A DNA stretch of 64,000 nt, from contig CAVQDZ010000001.1 in assembly GCA_963711405.1 (NCBI GenBank), positions 90,703-154,702 of the forward strand, in the 5' to 3' direction. Source of the stretch: an uncultured Chloroflexia bacterium. GTDB lineage: Bacteria; Chloroflexota; Limnocylindria; Limnocylindrales; CSP1-4. This document shows, one piece after another, positions 10,181-20,288 of this stretch (the first letter of the stretch is position 1; the number at the start of each line of letters is the position of its first letter). A model generated the notes under the pieces. It was not told where the DNA came from. It ran no database searches and saw only the letters and a list, made by a program, of their open reading frames with translations. The position numbers and the translations under genes were made by a program.

Positions 10181-11124
10181 CGTCCTCCGAACCAGAGGCT
10201 GACAAGGTCGCGCCCGATGAGCGCGCCCGTTGCCTCCACATCGGGCCGCAGCTCGGCTTCCAGCTGTGCGCGTAGCTGTGCCGGAATAGGGCTGCGCTTG
10301 ACCTGGCGTCGGTTCATTCGGCTGTGCCGGAAGCGGTACGCCGCGCGGTCGCGGCGGGATTCACCGAGCACTATCCGCGCGACATCGTCGGTCACGAAAG
10401 TGCCCGCGCGACTGTCGAGCATGCGCCGCACCCAAACGCGCTGGCGGTGACTGGGGTTGCGTGCCGCAAGCGATTCGGGCTGGTAGTCCGGATCGACGTC
10501 CAGGAACGAGAGCGCCGCGCGCAGCGCTGCGGCGGGGTCGGCCGCGAAGTCGTCGAAGACGATGACGTGGACGCGATCCCGGCTGAGGGCGTCGAACCAG
10601 CGCCGCAATGGCTCGGCGAACAGCGCGCTCTCGCGGTAGACGGTGCCCAGAACGTTGGCAGCGCCGGGCAGCAGCTTGCCGTGCGCGCGCTCAGCGTCCG
10701 CGGCCATTGCCTGCGCGAAGTCGGTGAACTGCTCGTGACCCTGGGACACGCGTTCGTTGTGCAGCGCGTGGAGGAGCTCGACCGGATTGCGCAGCATTGC
10801 GATCGCGTACGCGTCGGGCTGGAACTCGTGCACCAGCCGGGCTGCCTCATGCGAGACGAGATAGCGCGTCGTGGCCTCGCCCAGGCGCGTCTCGTCGCGC
10901 GCATCGTCAAAAAGCGCCAGGTAACGCGCCGCGTCGCGCTCGTAAACGAACGGCTGGTCACCCCGCCAGCCGCGCACATCAGGGCAGAAATACATGGGCT
11001 CCTTGAACGGCGACATGTAGATCCGGGGATGACCGGCGAGCAACTCGTAGAGCGAGGTCGTGCCCGCCTTGGGCGCCCCGACGATGAACAGGTCGGGCCT
11101 GGCTGGGGCCTGGGCATTGGTCAC
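10177..11124 (-). CDS. Sulfotransferase family protein
   Basis: FIVGAPKAGTTSLY, KEPMYF, GEATTRY, MLRNPV motifs. Confidence 0.88.
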   Translation of the reverse strand: MTNAQAPARPDLFIVGAPKAGTTSLYELLAGHPRIYMSPFKEPMYFCPDVRGWRGDQPFVYERDAARYLALFDDARDETRLGEATTRYLVSHEAARLVHEFQPDAYAIAMLRNPVELLHALHNERVSQGHEQFTDFAQAMAADAERAHGKLLPGAANVLGTVYRESALFAEPLRRWFDALSRDRVHVIVFDDFAADPAAALRAALSFLDVDPDYQPESLAARNPSHRQRVWVRRMLDSRAGTFVTDDVARIVLGESRRDRAAYRFRHSRMNRRQVKRSPIPAQLRAQLEAELRPDVEATGALIGRDLVSLWFGGR

Positions 11125-11139
11125 GCGTAGGGACGGAAG

Positions 11140-12468
11140 TCAGTTCGCGCTGCGGCCGAGGACAATGACGTTCATGCCCGCGCTCGCCGCCGCCTGCGCG
11201 TCAGCGACGCGCCGAGAGTCGACCAAAACGCGTCCGGGCATACTCGCCACAAGCGATGTCCAGTCGAGCGTGTGGTACTCCGGCCACTCAGTCGCGATGA
11301 CCAGACCGTCTGCCGCGCGAGATGCCGCCACGACAGTGGGACACACTTCGAGGGTGAAGCCGCTTCGATCTGCCGCCTTCGCGGCAGCCTGACCGCCCAT
11401 CGGGTCGTGGCCGGCGACAGTCGCGCCGCGTGCCGCCAGGGCGTAGCAGATGCGCAGCGAAGGAGATTCGCGGACATCGTCGGTGCCGGCCTTGAAAGTC
11501 AGCCCCAGGACGCAGATGCGCTTGCCGTTGAGATCACCGACTGCCCGCTCAAGGCTGTCAACGACCCACCCCGCCTGCAACCCGTTGGAGCCGTCGATTG
11601 CGTCGATGATCGGCGTCGCGACCCCGTGCTCATGGGCAAGCGCCGGCAGCGAGCGCGCCTGAGACGGCAGGCACGACCCTCCAAAGCCCGGCCCCGGCGT
11701 CATGTACGAGCGCCCGATGCGTCGGTCGAGACCGATGCCGTCGACAACTGTCGCCACGTCGGCACCGGTCGCCGCCGACAGGCGCGCCAATTCGTTGGCG
11801 AAGCCGGCCTTCATAGCCAGGAACGCATTGGAGCCGACCTTGATCATCTCCGCGCTGGTCGCATCGGTCACGACGAGCGGGGCACGCACACGGCGGTAGA
11901 CACTGCGCAGCAGGGGCAGGGCACTCGACTCGTGTTCGGGTCGCGTGAGGCCAACGACTACGCGGTCGGGATTCAGGAAGTCGTCGATGGCCGAGCCCTG
12001 GCGCGTGAACTCCGGATGGTGCGCCAGCTCGACGTCCGCGTCGCGATCGCTGGCCAGCTTCGCCAGCCGCGCCGTGGCGCCGGGCATCAGCGTGCTGCGC
12101 ACGATCAGCGTGCGCGGCGCGGCCTGGTCTTCAGCCAGGCCACTGACGGCGCGCTTGACCGCGCGCGCGCTCCAGTCGCCGCGCTCGTCGAGTGTGCCGA
12201 CACAGATAAACACCGCCGTGGCGTCGCGCGCCGCGGCCATAGACGTGGCGAAGGTAAGTCGGCCGGCGTCCACGGCATCGCGCACGGCCTCGTCGAGGCC
12301 GGGCTCGAAGAACGGCAGGCGGCCGGCATTGATGCCGTCGATGCGCGCTTCGTCGTTGTCGACGCAACGAACCGACCAGCCAAGCGTGGACAGGCATGCC
12401 GCGGTGACGAGGCCCACGTAGCCCGCGCCCAGAACGGCGAGCTTCAGCTCGTTCTCTTCGTCAGCCAC
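11140..12468 (-). CDS. ugd: UDP-glucose/GDP-mannose dehydrogenase family
   Basis: GAGYVG Rossmann motif, PEF.RQG, AEMIK..SNAFLAMK, GFGGSCLP catalytic Cys, GLTFKAGTDDVRESP. Start GTG 12468. Confidence 0.9.
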   Translation of the reverse strand: MADEENELKLAVLGAGYVGLVTAACLSTLGWSVRCVDNDEARIDGINAGRLPFFEPGLDEAVRDAVDAGRLTFATSMAAARDATAVFICVGTLDERGDWSARAVKRAVSGLAEDQAAPRTLIVRSTLMPGATARLAKLASDRDADVELAHHPEFTRQGSAIDDFLNPDRVVVGLTRPEHESSALPLLRSVYRRVRAPLVVTDATSAEMIKVGSNAFLAMKAGFANELARLSAATGADVATVVDGIGLDRRIGRSYMTPGPGFGGSCLPSQARSLPALAHEHGVATPIIDAIDGSNGLQAGWVVDSLERAVGDLNGKRICVLGLTFKAGTDDVRESPSLRICYALAARGATVAGHDPMGGQAAAKAADRSGFTLEVCPTVVAASRAADGLVIATEWPEYHTLDWTSLVASMPGRVLVDSRRVADAQAAASAGMNVIVLGRSAN

Positions 12469-12504
12469 GGGCGAAGCATACGAGCGCCCATTAGGCTGCG
12501 GTAA

Positions 12505-14431
12505 ATGAGTCCCGGACGCAGGTCTGCCCCGCCGCGCCCCAAGCGCATCGACGTCCCGACACGATCGGAGACGGACTCCGTCACGCCCGAGCTTGATGAG
12601 GAGATCGAGCTCGACCCGGATCAGCCGCCGTACGAGACGCGGCCGAGTGCGTCGCGCGGCGACGACGTGCCTCTCTTGGGCAACGACGAGCTGGCGCGCA
12701 TCTTCTACGAGATCGGCGACATGCTCGAGATCGCGGGCGAGCTGCCGTTCAAGATTGGCGCTTATCGCCGTGCAGCCGAGTCGATCGCGCACTCGCCCCA
12801 GGACGTTGCCCGCGCCTACCGGCTGCGTACGCCGCCGCGGCTGCCCGGCGTCGGCAAGGCCATCGACGAGAAGCTCGCCGAGCTGGCCGATACGGGCCGA
12901 TTGCGCTACTACGAACGGCTGCGGCGCGACGTGCCGCCGTCGGTGGTCACGCTGCTCCAGGTGCCCGGGTTGGGCCCGCGCACGGCTGGTGAGCTGTGGC
13001 GCCAGGGCGGCATCGATTCGCTCGATGCCCTGGAGGCGGCCGCGCGCGCCGGCGAGCTTCGCAATCTGAAGGGCATGAGCGCAAAGACTGAGGAGCGGCT
13101 GCTCGATGGGCTAAAGACGCTGCGCGCGCGGCCGCCGCAGCGCATCCGCCTGGGCACGGCGCAGGACATCGTCGATCGCGTGGTCGGCTCGCTCGAGCTC
13201 GCCGCCGGCGTCACGTCGGTGACCGCGGCTGGGTCGTATCGCCGGCGCCGCGAGACCATCGCCGACATCGATGTCTTGGTCGAGACCACGGATCCGGCCG
13301 CGGTCATCACCAAGCTGCACGACTCGCCATGGGTGGAACGAGTCGGCGGCCACGGCGGCCGGCCCGGTGGCGGCTCGCGCACGACCGTGCAGCATGACCC
13401 GCGGTCCGCAGATCGACCTGATGACTATGCCCGTCGGCGCCGCGGGGACGTATCTCGTCCACTTCACAGGCTCCGCGGCGCACAACGTCCGGCTGCGCGA
13501 GATGGCTCGCGACCGCGGCTGGTCGCTCTCCGAGCACGGCTTCACCGCGCTCGACGACGAGACCCGCCGCGTCACCTTCGAGACGGAGGCGGAGGTATAC
13601 GACTTCCTTGGCCTGCCGTTCATGGCACCGGAGCTGCGCGAGGACCGCGGCGAGATCGAGGCGGCGCTCGCGGGCACGCTTCCCAATCTCGTCACGCGCG
13701 CCGACCTGCAGGGCGACTGCCACACGCATTCCGACTGGTCGGACGGGCACTTCTCCATCGAGCGCATGACCGAGGCGGCACGCGAACACGGATTGCGCTT
13801 CCAGGTGCTGACCGACCACACCCAGAGCCTGACCATCGCCAACGGCCTGACGCCGGCGCGCGTGGAGCAGGAGCGCCGCGTCATCGGCGAGCTGAACGAA
13901 TCGTTCGCCAGGGAGGGGATCGACTTCCGCCTGCTTCACGGCTGCGAGCTGGAGATCCGTGTCGACGGCATGCTCGATTACGACGACGCCCTGCTCGCGC
14001 GCTTCGACGTCGTCGTCTGCTCGCTCCATGTCGGTCGGCGCCAGCCGCGCGCGCAGCTCATGGCCCGCTACCGGACTGCGCTGCGCAACCCGAACGTGGA
14101 CATCATTGCCCACCCGTCGGGGCGCAAGATCGGCCTCCGCGACGACCTGGACCTGGACTGGGATGCGTTCTATCGAGAAGCGGCACAGACGCGCACCGTG
14201 CTCGAGCTGAACGGCTCCGACGAGCGGCTAGACCTGGACGACCGGCGCGCCCGCGCCGCCCACGAGGCGGGCAATCGCTTCGTGGTCGACTCGGACGCGC
14301 ACTACGTGCACGAGTTCATCAACCTCGACTGGGGCGCGGCGCAGGCGCGCCGGGCGTGGCTCGAGCCGGCCGACGTCCTCAACACGTTTCCCGTCGACGA
14401 CTTCCTGGCCGAAGTCACGGACCATCAATGA
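12505..14431 (+). CDS. polX: DNA polymerase X / PHP 3'-5' exonuclease, frameshifted at ~13393
   Basis: HhH motifs (LPGVGKAI, VPGLGP), AGSYRR, ADIDVL catalytic Asp pair. Then in another frame QIDL, HFTGSAAHN and a PHP domain (HTHSDWSDG, TDH, AHP, DSDAH). Confidence 0.9.
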
Positions 14432-15837
14432 GCGCCGCTGATGTCGGCCTGCCTTCCACGTTCGACAGTCGAGCTCGGCAGCTGGCAGCGCGCGTCAGCG
14501 CGACACCACTCATCCCGGTCATCGTCGCGGTCGTGCTCGGCACGATCGGCATCGGCGACAAGAGCATCTGGGTCGACGAGGGCATCGCGTTTGCCATGGC
14601 CCGAATGCCGATTCGGGCGATGCTTGACTACATTGCTCGTCAGGAGCTCGTGGCGTCGCCCTACTTCCTTGCCCTCAAGCCGTGGCTGGCGCTGGGCGAG
14701 TCGGAGGCCGCCATCAGGTTGCTTGCCGTCGTCTTCGGTGCGCTCGCCGTTGTGGGGACATGGCTCGTCGCCAAGCGCTACGGAGTTGCCTTCAGGGCAG
14801 CCCTGCTGATGGCTGTGCTGCCGACGCTCGTGGTCTACATGCAACAGGTCAAGGGCTATACCTTGATCGCTGCCGTCAGCGCGTTTTCCACCTGGCTGGT
14901 GCTGCGCCTGATCGACCGACCCTCGCCGTGGCGCGCCATCGCCTATGTCGGCTCGGCGATCCTGATCGCATATGTCAATCCCCTCGCCGCGCTGATCCCG
15001 ATCGCACACATCGGCTTTGTGTTCGCCACCGCCGCCCACGGCGATCGGCGCCGTCTGTTGCTGTTGTTCGTCCCGATCTTCATCGGCTGGATCCCGGTGG
15101 TGGTGTTTGCCATCCGGTCAGGAGATAAGTGGGCGTGGATCCCTCCCGCGACGCCTGATGTCGTGGCGTCCGAGCTGGTTGCCCTCGGTGGCGGCCTTCT
15201 CGTTGCGATAGTCCTCGGCGTTGCGCTGCTTTTCGGAATTCGACGCGACGTCATGGCCCTTTGGCTGCTCGTGCCGCTCGCAGGTGCGCTCTTGGCGTCC
15301 GTTCTGATCGAGCCGGTATTTCGTCACGCATACCTGATTGGCGTGCTCCCGGCCGCGGCGATCATCGCCGCGCGCGCGCCGCGTGTGGTCGTCGCCACTC
15401 TGATCGTCGTTGCCCTGGTCGCCAACGTGAGCTGGTACCAGGCGCCGTCGAGCGAAGACTGGCGCGGAGCGGCCGGCTACCTTGCCGCCCAGGTGCAGGA
15501 CGGCGACGGCCTCGTCTTTGCGCCGGCCTACGTTCGTCCTGCGTTCGGCTACTACGCCCGGATCGGCGAGCCGCTGCTGCCGTCGATGCCGTGGTCTGCC
15601 TCAGACGTCCCCTACTCCGCGGCTCCGAACGACAACGCGCTCAGGGTGGCCGCGCGCATCTGGCTGATCAAGTCCGATCAGCACTACCCGACCGTGCCTG
15701 ACAACGTCGCGGCAGAGATTGCTCGCCGGCCCGTTTTGTCGGAGCGGGACTTCGGCGGCGAGATCCGGGTCATCCTCCTTGGCCCTGATGCGAGCGGTGA
15801 TCGTGCGGCGACCGCTGCTACGCTGGCCGGCCAATGA
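14428..15837 (+). CDS. GT39/PMT-like (GT-C) polytopic membrane glycosyltransferase
   Basis: 3' part of the 1110-aa ORF from ATG 14428 (ATGA overlap): SIWVDEG, SPYF..LKPW, EAAIRL, many TMs, EDWRGAA. Confidence 0.8.
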   Translation: MSAADVGLPSTFDSRARQLAARVSATPLIPVIVAVVLGTIGIGDKSIWVDEGIAFAMARMPIRAMLDYIARQELVASPYFLALKPWLALGESEAAIRLLAVVFGALAVVGTWLVAKRYGVAFRAALLMAVLPTLVVYMQQVKGYTLIAAVSAFSTWLVLRLIDRPSPWRAIAYVGSAILIAYVNPLAALIPIAHIGFVFATAAHGDRRRLLLLFVPIFIGWIPVVVFAIRSGDKWAWIPPATPDVVASELVALGGGLLVAIVLGVALLFGIRRDVMALWLLVPLAGALLASVLIEPVFRHAYLIGVLPAAAIIAARAPRVVVATLIVVALVANVSWYQAPSSEDWRGAAGYLAAQVQDGDGLVFAPAYVRPAFGYYARIGEPLLPSMPWSASDVPYSAAPNDNALRVAARIWLIKSDQHYPTVPDNVAAEIARRPVLSERDFGGEIRVILLGPDASGDRAATAATLAGQ

Positions 15838-17510
15838 GCTACCTGCGGCTGTACCACCAGTCGACCCGCCAGGTCGCGCTCGCCGTGTTCAGCGGCGTGC
15901 TCCAGTCGATCGTGCTCATCCCGATCATCTTCCTGATCCGGATCGCGTTCGACACCTTGATCCCAGGTCGTGACCTGACCGGCCTGGTGCTCGTCGGCGT
16001 GCTGATGACGGTGCTGTACATCGTCAGTGGCGGGCTGTTGTTGTGGAGCCGCGCAGCGGCCCTCGACGGGACGCGGCGCGCGATCGATTCGATGCGCATG
16101 GATCTCGTGGCGAAGATCCAGGGACTGCCGCGCGAGCGCCTGGTCAGTGACGAGGCGTCGCACGTGCACAGCCTGCTGGTCTACGACACGGAGCGGGTCA
16201 GCTCCGCGAGCAACGCCCTCGTCGGTCAGCTGCTGCCCGCGGCCGTGTTCTCGATCGCGCTCGGCCTGGCCCTGCTGTACATGAACTTGCTGCTGTTCCT
16301 GACCGTCCTGGCCGTCGTGCCGATACTGACCGTCGCGATGCGCTTCATCGGCCGTCGCGCGTCGCAGCGCATTGCCGTCGGTCGGAACACCTTCGAGCGC
16401 TTCAGCAGCGGCGTCCTCTTCCTGGTCGAGCGCATGGACCTGACGCGCAGCCAATCCGCTGAGGCCGTCGAGCGCTCGCGTCAGGAGCGCAACATCAAGG
16501 AGCTGGGCCAGGCCACCGCGAGCATGGGTGCGTGGTCCGCGGCGCACACCGTCGCCCAGGAAACGGTGACGTCCGTCTCCTGGTCGCTGATCCTGATCAT
16601 CGGCGGCATCGCCGTCGCCGGCGGGGCGATGAGCGTGGGCGACGTGCTCGCCTTCTCCGTCGCCGCGATGATGCTCAAGCGCTCGGTCAATTCGCTTGTC
16701 GGCGCGGTGCCCACGATCCTCGAGGGCGGCTCGTCGATGGCAGCCATCCAGGCGCTCAGCGCCGAAGCGGACGACGACGCCTACCGGGGTGAGCGCCCGG
16801 GCACGCTCGAGCGACAGCTGACCATGACCGGCGTGACGTTCAGCTTTGGCGTGGAGCCACTGCTTGATCGACTCGACCTGCAGCTGTCTGCCGGCGACGT
16901 GGCCGTGATCAGCGGCCCGAGTGGCGCGGGCAAGACGACGCTGCTGCACCTCGTGCTGGGCTACTACCGACCGAGCGCGGGCACGATCGCCGCGGACGGA
17001 ATCGCGTATGACGAGCTCGACCTGCCGGCCTTGCGCAAGCAGATGGGCTTCGTCGCCCAGGATCCGGTCGTGTTCGCCGGGACGCTGCTCGAGAACTTGA
17101 CCTACGGCACCACCGATATCGATCACGACCGCCTCAACGAGGCCTGTGCGCTGGCCGGCGTGGACGAGTTCGTCAAGCGCCTCAGCGACGGCTATGACAC
17201 GACGGTGGGTGAGGGCGGGGCGCTGCTCTCCGGTGGCCAGCGCCAACGGATCGGGCTGGCCCGCGCTCTGTACCGTCGCCCGGCTGTGCTGCTGCTCGAC
17301 GAGCCCACCAGCCAGCTCGACGAGCGCCTCGCCGTGCGCCTCGTCGAGAGCCTGCGCGCGCTGCCGTGGCGGCCGGCGCTGCTCATCGTCAGCCACGAGC
17401 TGGGCCGCGTGGCGGCACATGCGGACGCGGTCTACGAGCTGAGCGGCGGCCGCCTGCACGAGCGCACTGATCGCGCCACGGACGACCTCCTGAGCGCAGC
17501 CGTCGCTTGA
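15834..17510 (+). CDS. ABC exporter, fused permease/ATP-binding
   Basis: N-terminal TM domain, Walker A GPSGAGKTT, LSGGQRQR, LLLDEPTS. No C39 peptidase domain. Confidence 0.93.
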   Translation: MSYLRLYHQSTRQVALAVFSGVLQSIVLIPIIFLIRIAFDTLIPGRDLTGLVLVGVLMTVLYIVSGGLLLWSRAAALDGTRRAIDSMRMDLVAKIQGLPRERLVSDEASHVHSLLVYDTERVSSASNALVGQLLPAAVFSIALGLALLYMNLLLFLTVLAVVPILTVAMRFIGRRASQRIAVGRNTFERFSSGVLFLVERMDLTRSQSAEAVERSRQERNIKELGQATASMGAWSAAHTVAQETVTSVSWSLILIIGGIAVAGGAMSVGDVLAFSVAAMMLKRSVNSLVGAVPTILEGGSSMAAIQALSAEADDDAYRGERPGTLERQLTMTGVTFSFGVEPLLDRLDLQLSAGDVAVISGPSGAGKTTLLHLVLGYYRPSAGTIAADGIAYDELDLPALRKQMGFVAQDPVVFAGTLLENLTYGTTDIDHDRLNEACALAGVDEFVKRLSDGYDTTVGEGGALLSGGQRQRIGLARALYRRPAVLLLDEPTSQLDERLAVRLVESLRALPWRPALLIVSHELGRVAAHADAVYELSGGRLHERTDRATDDLLSAAVA

Positions 17511-18649
17511 GAGCTTCCCGCCAGCAGGCGCTGCTGCTGCGCGCTGCGCTCGTGTCTGGCGACGCGGGCCTGGCCGCGTGGCATGGCTGGCGGCGTGCCG
17601 CGGACCTCGACGAGATAGACCGTGGCTCGGCGCGTCTGCTGCCGTTGCTGTGGTTCAACCTGCTGGCCAACGAGGTCGACGACCCGTGGATGCCACGCTT
17701 CAAAGGCATCTATCGCCACACCTGGTTTGGCAACCAGGTGTGGATGCGCAACGTGCGCGAGGTGCAGGCATTGCTGGCTGTTCACGGCGTCGAGCCGCTG
17801 TTTCTCAAGGGCATCGCGCTGGCCAACGTGTACTACTCGAATCCGGGCTTGCGGCCAATGGACGATCTGGACATCCTGATCGCGCCCGAACAGGTTCCAT
17901 CCGCGCTGGACGCCCTGGCGGCCGGAGGTTGGCGATGCATCGTCGAGCGGCCCACGATGGTCCTGCGCACGGTCCACGCGGTCGAGCTGCTGTCTGCCGA
18001 TCAGCACAACCTCGATGTCCACGCCCATCTGCTCCAGGGCAGCCTGAACTCCGATGTCGACGCCCGGCGTCGGGCGCGCGCAACAACCGTCCAGCTTGCC
18101 GACGGCCCGCTGACGGTGCTCGATCCGACCGATCAGCTGCTCCACGTCCTGGTCCACGGTGTGGAGTCGGATCCGCCCGCGCCGCGCTGGCTCGCCGACG
18201 CGCTGATCGTCATGCGTCGTGAACCTGCCATCGACTGGCGCCGACTGGCGGCCGACGCCGGCGCCGAGAGCCGCTCGCTGGCCGTGGCCCGCGCGCTCGC
18301 TGAGCTGGTCGAGGTCTTCGGCCGCGACAACGTGCCGGTTCCTGCCTATGTGCTCGACGCGTACCGCGACAGGCTCCGATCGTCAGCGCAGGCTCGTTTC
18401 GAGCAGCGCGTCGCCTCTGGTCCACGTGTACCCGTCGTTGGCTATGCGCTCCAACGCACGGTGGACTATCGACGCTGGCGACGCAGCGGAAACGGTGACC
18501 CCGAGCGAAGCGCCGGTTTCGACGCCTATCTGCGCCTCAACTGGGGCGTCGAGAGTCGGCGTGACCTGGTCGTGCAGGCCTCACGCCGCGGCACGCGGAC
18601 GGCACTGGCGGATCTGCGGGCCGCATCGCTCAAGCTGCGCCCGGAGTGA
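17507..18649 (+). CDS. Nucleotidyltransferase family protein (NTP_transf_5-like)
   Basis: LFLKGIALA..Y...GLRPMDDLDILI, LDVH, LLHVLVHG, RWLADA signature. Confidence 0.85.
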   Translation: MRASRQQALLLRAALVSGDAGLAAWHGWRRAADLDEIDRGSARLLPLLWFNLLANEVDDPWMPRFKGIYRHTWFGNQVWMRNVREVQALLAVHGVEPLFLKGIALANVYYSNPGLRPMDDLDILIAPEQVPSALDALAAGGWRCIVERPTMVLRTVHAVELLSADQHNLDVHAHLLQGSLNSDVDARRRARATTVQLADGPLTVLDPTDQLLHVLVHGVESDPPAPRWLADALIVMRREPAIDWRRLAADAGAESRSLAVARALAELVEVFGRDNVPVPAYVLDAYRDRLRSSAQARFEQRVASGPRVPVVGYALQRTVDYRRWRRSGNGDPERSAGFDAYLRLNWGVESRRDLVVQASRRGTRTALADLRAASLKLRPE

Positions 18650-19785
18650 CAAGCGCGGTGGTCGTTGACGCCAAGTGGCCGCGGCCGGCGTCCGACGCAG
18701 CCTCCCAGCGCACGCTCCAGATCGTCAATGAGCTCGATCACCTGGGTTTCGACGTTCACCTCGCAGCCCTCTTCCCGACCGAGGCCGGCGGCGAGGCCGG
18801 CATACCCATCGAGCTGGGGGCCGCGCGGCGTGTTCCCGTGGCAGGCGGCTCCGCGCTGATCGACTATCTGGCCCAGCACGTCGCCGACTTTGATCTGGCG
18901 CTGGTGTGCTGGACGCGGACCGCGCAGGCTGTCCTGGGACCTCTTCGAACTGCAGATCGTGATCTGCCGCTGTGCTTTGACACGCAGGATGTCAACCACG
19001 TTCGCGAGTACCGACACGCGCGGGTGACGGGCAATGCCAATCTGCTCCGGCGCGCGCTGGCGATGAAGGCGGCGGAGCTCGGCGCCGTGGCCGCCGCGGA
19101 CCTGACCCTGGCGATCAGCGAGGCTGACGCGGCGACGCTGCGCGCCGGCGCGCCGGATGCCCGCATCGAAGTCGTGACGATGTCCGTTGACCGGCGCGCC
19201 TCTGCGGTGCCCGGGCCGGACGGTCGGCGTGGCGCGGTCTACCTGGGCAATTACATGGCCTGGCACAACGTCGATGCGGCGACGTACCTGTGTCGCGAGA
19301 TCGTGCCCGCCCTCGATGCGCTGAATTCGACCCTGCCCGTGGCGCTCGCCGGCGCCGGCCGTCACGAGCTGATCGACCAGCTCGCCTCCGACAGAGTGCA
19401 AGTCGTCGGCTATGTCGACGATCTCGTGGCGCTGTTCGACAGCCGGCGCATGTTCGTGGCGCCGTTGCGCGTCGGCTCGGGCGTGAAAGGCAAGCTGCTC
19501 GCCGCGTTAGCGGCCGGGCTGCCCGTGATCGCGACACACATCGCGGCGGAGGGGGTGCCGCTCGTCGACGGGCGCAGCGCGCTGCTCGCGGATACACCTG
19601 AGGCCTTTGCGGCCGCATGCGCGCGGCTCGAGCACGACGACGACATGTGGCGAACTTTGTCCGAGGGCGGTCGCGCGGTCGTGGCCGAACACTTCAGCCC
19701 GGCGGTGGTGCGCGACCAGGTTCGAACCGTGTTCGAGCCGCTCCTCGAGGGCCGTGCTGGACGAGGCGCGCGGAGCGCTGGGTAA
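18646..19785 (+). CDS. Glycosyltransferase family 4
   Basis: DTQDVNH, YLGNY..HNVDA, FVAPLRVGSGVKGKLLAALAAGLPVIAT. Confidence 0.88.
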   Translation: MTSAVVVDAKWPRPASDAASQRTLQIVNELDHLGFDVHLAALFPTEAGGEAGIPIELGAARRVPVAGGSALIDYLAQHVADFDLALVCWTRTAQAVLGPLRTADRDLPLCFDTQDVNHVREYRHARVTGNANLLRRALAMKAAELGAVAAADLTLAISEADAATLRAGAPDARIEVVTMSVDRRASAVPGPDGRRGAVYLGNYMAWHNVDAATYLCREIVPALDALNSTLPVALAGAGRHELIDQLASDRVQVVGYVDDLVALFDSRRMFVAPLRVGSGVKGKLLAALAAGLPVIATHIAAEGVPLVDGRSALLADTPEAFAAACARLEHDDDMWRTLSEGGRAVVAEHFSPAVVRDQVRTVFEPLLEGRAGRGARSAG

Positions 19786-19821
19786 ACTGCGCCAGCACTG
19801 CTGCCGCCAAGGGGGACGAGC

Positions 19822-20288
19822 GTGACCAGCCCGGACGCGCGCCGCTATCGACAGCGCGGCGCTCCGATCATCCACGACACGATCGACAACGAGACGATCG
19901 CCATAAACCAGCTCACCGGCGCGTATTACTCGCTCGAGGGAGCGAGTGCGCTGGCGTGGGAGCGCCTGGCTGCGGGTGCCACCGCGCTGGAGATCGGTGA
20001 TGCTCCTGTGCGCGGCCTACGAGGCGGATCGTGCCGCGATCGATCAGGCCGTCAACGAGTTCGTTGGCCGAGCTGCTCGACGAGGCATTGATCGTCGCCG
20101 TGGACAGCGACCAGGCTGGTGGTGCCGCGGCGGTCGTGCCACAAGCTCCGTCCACAGGCTCGCGCGCACCGTTCAGCGGCCTTCGTCTGCAGCGCTACAA
20201 CGATCTCGAGGTGATGCTCCTGGCCGACCCGATCCACGAGGTGGACGACACCGGCTGGCCCATGCCCGTCGCCGACGCTGGCAAATGA
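19822..20288 (+). CDS. PqqD-family / RiPP recognition element protein with C-terminal DPIHEVD-GWP tail; two +1 frameshifts (~20005, ~20066)
   Basis: Three frames join: MTSPDARRYRQRGAPIIHDTIDNETIAINQLTGAYYSLEGASALAWERLAAGATALEIGDA / LCAAYEADRAAIDQAVNEFV / AELLDEALIVAV..FSGLRLQRYNDLEVMLLADPIHEVDDTGWPMPVADAGK. Three-strand plus three-helix PqqD pattern (YYSL...A..W..L; F+..L....LI). Confidence 0.8.

Noticed and set aside
12505-15837. 1110-aa PolX-membrane glycosyltransferase fusion in the ORF track
   Set aside because: The middle third is out-of-frame junk. The real PolX C-terminus is in ORF 13271..14431, and GT39 starts at its own ATG 14428.
6815-17459. Long antisense ORFs (e.g. 6815..8734, 15684..17459) and many similar shadow ORFs across the window
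   Set aside because: They mirror well-supported genes on the other strand, are Arg/Ala/Gly-rich and have no motifs. This is expected from stop-codon scarcity at high GC.
19946-20284. N-terminal extension of the kinase ORF
   Set aside because: It contains only a frameshifted piece of the PqqD gene. The kinase most plausibly starts at ATG 20285.
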